From assembly GCA_013697045.1 (NCBI GenBank), contig JACCXJ010000280.1:1-54451 (forward strand): DNA of 54,451 nt, in the 5' to 3' direction. Made by a program: the position numbers and the translations under genes. Below are positions 50,329-54,451 of the stretch, in pieces (position 1 is the stretch's first letter; each line of letters opens with the position of its first letter). This DNA comes from Gammaproteobacteria bacterium (GTDB taxonomy: Bacteria > Pseudomonadota > Gammaproteobacteria > JACCXJ01). The notes beneath the pieces were generated by a model. It did not search any database and was not told where the DNA came from. It saw only the letters and a list, made by a program, of their open reading frames with translations.

Positions 50329-51155
50329 GGCGACCGCCGCGCAAGCGTCCCCTGCGCAATCGATTGATCCGCACCGAGCCACGGGCGGAGCGCCGGCCGT
50401 GGGGGTTCTGGCTGCTCGCGACCTTCGTAGTGGCGGACCCCTGCGTGCTCCTTGGCTTTGCCGGGGCACGGCTCTCCGATCCGAACACCCTGCCCATCCG
50501 CGAGGTGTTCATCGAAGGCGAGTTCCGCCAACTCAAGCCCTCGGATCTGGAGGCCCTGGTGGCGCACCAGGTGCGCGGCGGTTTCTTCACGGTGCAGGTG
50601 GCAGAGGTGCAGCGCGGCCTGCGTCGCGATCCGTGGGTCAAGGCGGCCTCGGTCAGCCGCGAGTGGCCGGATGGCCTGCGCCTGACGGTCTACGAACAGC
50701 GCGCGGTCGCGCGTTTCGGCGAGCGCGGCCTGCTCAATCCCGAGGGCGTCTTGTTCACACCGCCGGCGGCGAGCTATCCGGCCGGCCTGCCGCTGCTCGA
50801 TGGGCCGGAGGGGACGGAGGCGCAGGTGCTCATGCGTTATCACCTTCTCGCCGAGCTGCTCGATCGGGCCGGGCTCCTGGCCCAGGGCCTCGCACAAGAC
50901 GCGCGCGGTTCATGGCGCTTCGTCCTGAAGGACGGCCCCACGGTGCTGGTGGGACGCGAGGACTTCGAGCCGCGCGTCAAGCGCTTCGTCGCGCATTACC
51001 GGCGCATCGCGCAATCGGGCCGGGGCGTGGTGGCGCGCGTCGATCTCCGGCACACCAACGGGATCGCGGTGAGCTTCAAGCCGGAGACCGTGCCGGCCGC
51101 ACAGCGGCCGCCCTCGTCTTCTTCACTCCGGGGGGTCGCCGGTGAAAAGGCCTGA
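50325..51155 (+). CDS. ftsQ: cell division protein FtsQ
   Basis: ATGA overlap. Basic N-terminus, one TM helix, then POTRA-like [13 protein letters not shown]. Position. Confidence 0.85.
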   Translation: MRRPPRKRPLRNRLIRTEPRAERRPWGFWLLATFVVADPCVLLGFAGARLSDPNTLPIREVFIEGEFRQLKPSDLEALVAHQVRGGFFTVQVAEVQRGLRRDPWVKAASVSREWPDGLRLTVYEQRAVARFGERGLLNPEGVLFTPPAASYPAGLPLLDGPEGTEAQVLMRYHLLAELLDRAGLLAQGLAQDARGSWRFVLKDGPTVLVGREDFEPRVKRFVAHYRRIAQSGRGVVARVDLRHTNGIAVSFKPETVPAAQRPPSSSSLRGVAGEKA

Positions 51156-52365
51156 AAAAGATCTGGTGGTGGGGCTCGACATCGGCACCTCCAAGGTGGT
51201 CGCGATCGTCGGGGAGTCCACCGGCAATGGCGCGATCGAGGTGATCGGGGTCGGCTCCAATCCGTCGCGCGGCCTCCGAAAGGGCGTCGTGGTCAACATC
51301 GAGTCCACGGTGCAGTCCATACAGCGGGCCATCGAAGAGGCCGAGCTCATGGCCGGCTGCGAGATCCGATCGGTCTATGCCGGGATCGCCGGCAGCCATA
51401 TCCGCAGCTTCAATTCGCACGGGATCGTCGCGATCCGCGACAGCGAGGTCACCGACAGCGACGTCGATCGCGTCATCGACGCCGCGCGCGCGGTGGCGAT
51501 CCCGGCCGACCAGAAGGTCCTGCACGTCCTCCCCCAGGAGTTCATCATCGACAAGCAGGAGGGGATCCGGGAGCCGGTGGGGATGTCCGGGGTGCGGCTG
51601 GAGGCCAAGGTCCATCTCGTCTCCGGGGCCGTGAGCGCCGCCCAGAACATCGTGAAATGCGTGCGCCGCTGCGGCCTCGAGGTGGACGACATGATCCTCC
51701 AGCAACTCGCCTCCAGCGAGGCGGTCCTGACCGACGACGAAAAGGAGCTGGGGGTGTGCCTGGCCGACATCGGCGGCGGAACCACCGACATCGCGGTCTT
51801 CATCGACGGCGCCGTGCACCACACCGCGGTCATCCCGATCGCGGGCGATCAGGTGACCAACGACATCGCCGTGGCCTTGCGCACCCCGACCCACAATGCC
51901 GAGGAGATCAAGATCAAATACGCCTGCGCCCTGACCCAGCTCGCGAGCCCGGAGGAGACCATCGAGGTCCCTAGCGTAGGCGATCGGCGCCCGCGCAGGC
52001 TCATGCGCCAGACCCTCTCGGAGGTCGTCGAGCCGCGCTACGAGGAGCTTTTCAACTTGATCCAGGCCGAGCTCAAGCGCAGCGGCTTCGAGGAGATGAT
52101 GGCCGCCGGTGTGGTCCTGACCGGGGGCAGCGCCAAGATCGAGGGGGCGGTCGAGCTGGCCGAGGAGGTCTTCCACCGCCAGGTGCGACTCGGGCTACCC
52201 CAAGGGGTGAACGGGCTCGTCGACGTGGTCAAGAACCCGGTGTTCTCGACGGGGGTCGGATTATTGATGTTCGGTTGCGAGAACGAGCAACGTGGGCACA
52301 GGCCCCTGCGCCACAACAGCGGCGTCTGGGAACGCATGAAGGGCTGGTTTCAGGGCAATTTCTAG
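51142..52365 (+). CDS. ftsA: cell division protein FtsA
   Basis: 407 aa. LVVGLDIGTSKV, DIGGGTTD. C-terminal amphipathic WERMKGWFQGNF. Confidence 0.95.
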   Translation: MKRPEKDLVVGLDIGTSKVVAIVGESTGNGAIEVIGVGSNPSRGLRKGVVVNIESTVQSIQRAIEEAELMAGCEIRSVYAGIAGSHIRSFNSHGIVAIRDSEVTDSDVDRVIDAARAVAIPADQKVLHVLPQEFIIDKQEGIREPVGMSGVRLEAKVHLVSGAVSAAQNIVKCVRRCGLEVDDMILQQLASSEAVLTDDEKELGVCLADIGGGTTDIAVFIDGAVHHTAVIPIAGDQVTNDIAVALRTPTHNAEEIKIKYACALTQLASPEETIEVPSVGDRRPRRLMRQTLSEVVEPRYEELFNLIQAELKRSGFEEMMAAGVVLTGGSAKIEGAVELAEEVFHRQVRLGLPQGVNGLVDVVKNPVFSTGVGLLMFGCENEQRGHRPLRHNSGVWERMKGWFQGNF

Positions 52366-52540
52366 TAGTCAGTCAAGATGATTCAAACAGGCACGTCATT
52401 CCGGCATGGATCCCGGAATCCAGGGCACATGGACGTAAGTGCTGCCCTGCATCCTGGACCCCGGCAATCCCCCGTATCAAGTACGGGGCAAGCTCTGCCG
52501 GGGTGACGAATCACTTCGATTTAACATGACTGACTACTAG
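52362..52540 (+). mobile_element. MITE-like repeat, copy B (complete, 14-bp terminal inverted repeats)
   Basis: CTAGTAGTCAGTCA (52362-52375) and TGACTGACTACTAG (52527-52540). Interior has nested GC-rich hairpins. Alternatively an 11-bp TIR GTAGTCAGTCA flanked by a TA duplication. The left end overlaps the ftsA TAG stop. Confidence 0.8.
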
Positions 52541-52592
52541 ATTCTCACGCAGCCAGTGGTATACAGACCGACTTCAAGAGATCTGGAAGTCC

Positions 52593-52703
52593 CTTCTCCC
52601 TCCGGGAGAAGCTTTAGGATGAGGGAAATCGAAATCAAGCCCTCACCCCAACCCTCTCCCGGAGGGAGAGGAAAAAAAACAGTGCCTCTCCCGGTCGGAG
52701 AGG
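52593..52703. repeat. cluster of three CCTCTCC..GGAGAGG-type hairpin repeats
   Basis: CTTCTCC/GGAGAAG at 52593-52611. CCTCTCCC/GGGAGAGG at 52653-52671. CCTCTCC/GGAGAGG at 52685-52703. A 12-nt string AAATCGAAATCA (52627-52638) is shared with MITE copy A. Confidence 0.7.
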
Positions 52704-52828
52704 GAGAAAGACGAGGCCTGTCCCGGAAGGACGGAGCCCTCGACGATTACGTCCAAACTTTAAATAGGTTTGGTTAGGCTTGAGGCCACGCGCAGGTGAT
52801 TGACGAATCGAATCGAGGAGGATGAACC

Positions 52829-53965
52829 ATGTTCGAGTTGATAGAGTCTTGTATTCAAAACGCCGTCATCAAGGTCGTCGGGATCGGGGGCGGCGGCAGC
52901 AACGCCATTCAACACATGCTGAGCGGCAATATCGAGGGCGTGGAGTTCATCTGCGCCAACACCGATACACAGGCCCTCAAAAAGTGCTCGGCACGCACCA
53001 TGATCCAATTCGGGGCCAACGTCACCAAGGGGCTCGGCGCTGGGGCCGATCCCGAAAAGGGCCGGCAGGCGGCGCTCGAGGACCGCGACCGCTTCATGGA
53101 TGTCCTGGAGGGCTCGGACATGGTCTTCATCACCGCCGGCATGGGCGGCGGCACCGGCACCGGCGCGGCCCCCATCGCGGCGCAGGTCGCCAAGGAAATG
53201 GGGATCCTGACCGTCGCAGTGGTCACCCGGCCATTCGGCTTCGAGGGGAAGAAGCGCGCCGAGATCGCCGGCGAGGGTATCCGGCAGTTGAGCCAGTACG
53301 TCGATTCGCTCATCACCATCCCGAACGAGAAGCTCATCGCCGTCTACGGTCGCGACGTCAGCGTCCTGGACGCCTTCAAGCGCGCCAACGACGTGTTGTT
53401 AGGGGCGGTGCAAGGGATCGCCGAGCTGATCACCCGGCCGGGCTACATTAACGTCGATTTCGCCGACGTCCGCACCGTCATGTCGGAGATGGGGATGGCC
53501 ATGATGGGCACCGGTACCGGGACCGGCCAGGACCGCGCGCGGGTGGCCGCCGAATCGGCGATCGCAAGCCCGCTCTTGGAGGACATCCACCTCGCCGGCG
53601 CCAAGGGGATCCTGGTCAACATCACCGCGGGCGACGACCTCCGGATGGGCGAGTTCGAGGAGGTCGGCAACACCATCAAGGGCTTCGCGTCCGAGAACGC
53701 CACGGTGGTGGTGGGGACGGTGTTCGATTCCGCCATGAGCGACGAGGTGCGCGTGACCGTGGTCGCTACCGGGATTGGCCATGAGGCCAAGATCGGGCAG
53801 GAAACCGTGACCGGCAAGCCGAAACCGGTCGTCGACATCGACTACAAGACCCTGGACCGCCCGACCGTGATCCGCAAGAACCGTGATAAGGAGCTGCCGG
53901 CCCTGGAAAAGGCCAGCTCCAGTTACCTCGACATCCCGGCCTTTTTACGGCGTCAGGCGGATTGA
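52829..53965 (+). CDS. ftsZ: cell division GTPase FtsZ
   Basis: 378 aa. GIGGGGSNA, tubulin signature GGGTGTGA, C-terminal DIPAFLRRQAD. GAGGAGGA SD upstream. Confidence 0.97.
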   Translation: MFELIESCIQNAVIKVVGIGGGGSNAIQHMLSGNIEGVEFICANTDTQALKKCSARTMIQFGANVTKGLGAGADPEKGRQAALEDRDRFMDVLEGSDMVFITAGMGGGTGTGAAPIAAQVAKEMGILTVAVVTRPFGFEGKKRAEIAGEGIRQLSQYVDSLITIPNEKLIAVYGRDVSVLDAFKRANDVLLGAVQGIAELITRPGYINVDFADVRTVMSEMGMAMMGTGTGTGQDRARVAAESAIASPLLEDIHLAGAKGILVNITAGDDLRMGEFEEVGNTIKGFASENATVVVGTVFDSAMSDEVRVTVVATGIGHEAKIGQETVTGKPKPVVDIDYKTLDRPTVIRKNRDKELPALEKASSSYLDIPAFLRRQAD

Positions 53966-54001
53966 GGGGGCGTCCCAGGGGGCCACCAATCGCGCTTTTT
54001 G

Positions 54002-54042
54002 GATCCCCTCACCCTGCCCATGTCCCGGCGGGAGAGGGGATC
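54002..54042. repeat. hairpin repeat related to the 52.6-kb cluster
   Basis: GATCCCCTC (54002-54010) pairs with GAGGGGATC (54034-54042). The interior CCCTCACCC...CCCGGCGGGAGAGGGG resembles 52641-52671. Confidence 0.55.
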
Positions 54043-54451
54043 TAAGAGGCGATTTACGATGGCCATGGATCGGCGTTGTCGAGGCAGACCTGGGAGCGCT
54101 CGGGACAAAACGCCGTCGCGAGCGCAGCCATATCGTGCGCGGCCGCGGCCCGGCACCGTGGCAAGAGCACTACGATCCGCGTGAAGTCGATGCGTTAGCC
54201 ATGAGCGAACCTGTTCCCGCTATGAGCTCGATCAGCGGGTGAGCTGGTAAGCGCCTGCCCACTCGGACACTTCCTGCCGGTCAAGGTGACTTGACCGGCA
54301 ACGAGGGACTCGCGTCCGAGCACCCGGCCCGCGCCTGTCCGTCACCCCACTCCGTACACCCACCCGAAACCCGGCCCGGGTCAGCCCGAACGCCCTCTTC
54401 CCACCCCCCTCTCGGACCACCCAACGACCGGCCGGTCCGACCGACGCAACA

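Noticed and set aside
51076-52176. 366-aa minus-strand ORF
   Set aside because: It is antisense to ftsA. It is a shadow ORF.
52593-52703. Possible CRISPR-like spaced repeats
   Set aside because: The units are 19-nt palindromes with irregular spacing (starts at 52593, 52653 and 52685) and only three copies. There are no cas genes. This is REP-like, not CRISPR.
52556-52777. 73-aa plus-strand ORF in the ftsA-ftsZ spacer
   Set aside because: Its sequence (PSPQPSPGGRGKK, PLPVGEGERRG) is the translation of the palindromic repeats. There is no start context and no coding-like features.
54276-54299. Perfect 10-bp hairpin GCCGGTCAAG-gtga-CTTGACCGGC, considered as a terminator
   Set aside because: There is no T-run on either strand and it lies about 310 nt beyond ftsZ. 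It cannot be assigned a function from sequence alone.
53966-54451. Region after ftsZ, where lpxC is often found; short frames such as ..AFCPERSQVCLDNADPWPS on the minus strand
   Set aside because: No ORF with recognisable family features is present, and the fragments are too short to call a pseudogene or IS remnant.

Overview
GC-rich proteobacterial chromosome segment, gammaproteobacterial in style, consisting of two housekeeping blocks with several visibly lower-GC insertions. No composition statistics were computed. Block 1 is the replication-origin neighbourhood: mnmE-yidC-yidD-rnpA-rpmH on the minus strand, diverging from dnaA-dnaN-gyrB with no recF. It is followed by comF, a bioB-bioF-bioC-bioD operon, an aa3-type cytochrome oxidase cluster (ctaG inverted, then coxB-coxA-small ORF-coxC), kmo, ftsY, rpoH and a YdiJ-like FAD/Fe-S dehydrogenase. 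Block 2 is rnpB (RNase P RNA) followed by a complete dcw cluster, mraZ through ftsZ. The accessory material, in window order:
- (1) A low-GC pair at 0.8-3.2 kb: a secreted Ser-Asp-His hydrolase plus a membrane-anchored HEAT-repeat protein.
- (2) A retropepsin-like protease cassette at the bioC/bioD junction, flanked by a diverged duplication of the bioD 5' end.
- (3) A mosaic island at 17.9-21.3 kb: VOC, an Asp-box propeller with an overlapping GG-terminated MoaD/ThiS-like protein, PhnB-like, YciI, and a YciI pseudogene.
- (4) 5'-truncated Uma2 and higB remnants abutting head to head, next to an intact higA.
- (5) Two inverted copies of a 150-180 bp MITE with 14-bp terminal inverted repeats inside the dcw cluster. 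One ends 5 nt before the mraY start codon and the other sits in the ftsA stop codon. Hairpin repeats also fill the ftsA-ftsZ spacer.
No CRISPR array, rRNA or tRNA was recognised by eye. No item is a demonstrated new system. The best candidates for uncharacterised biology are (1), the propeller/ubiquitin-like pair in (3), and (2).
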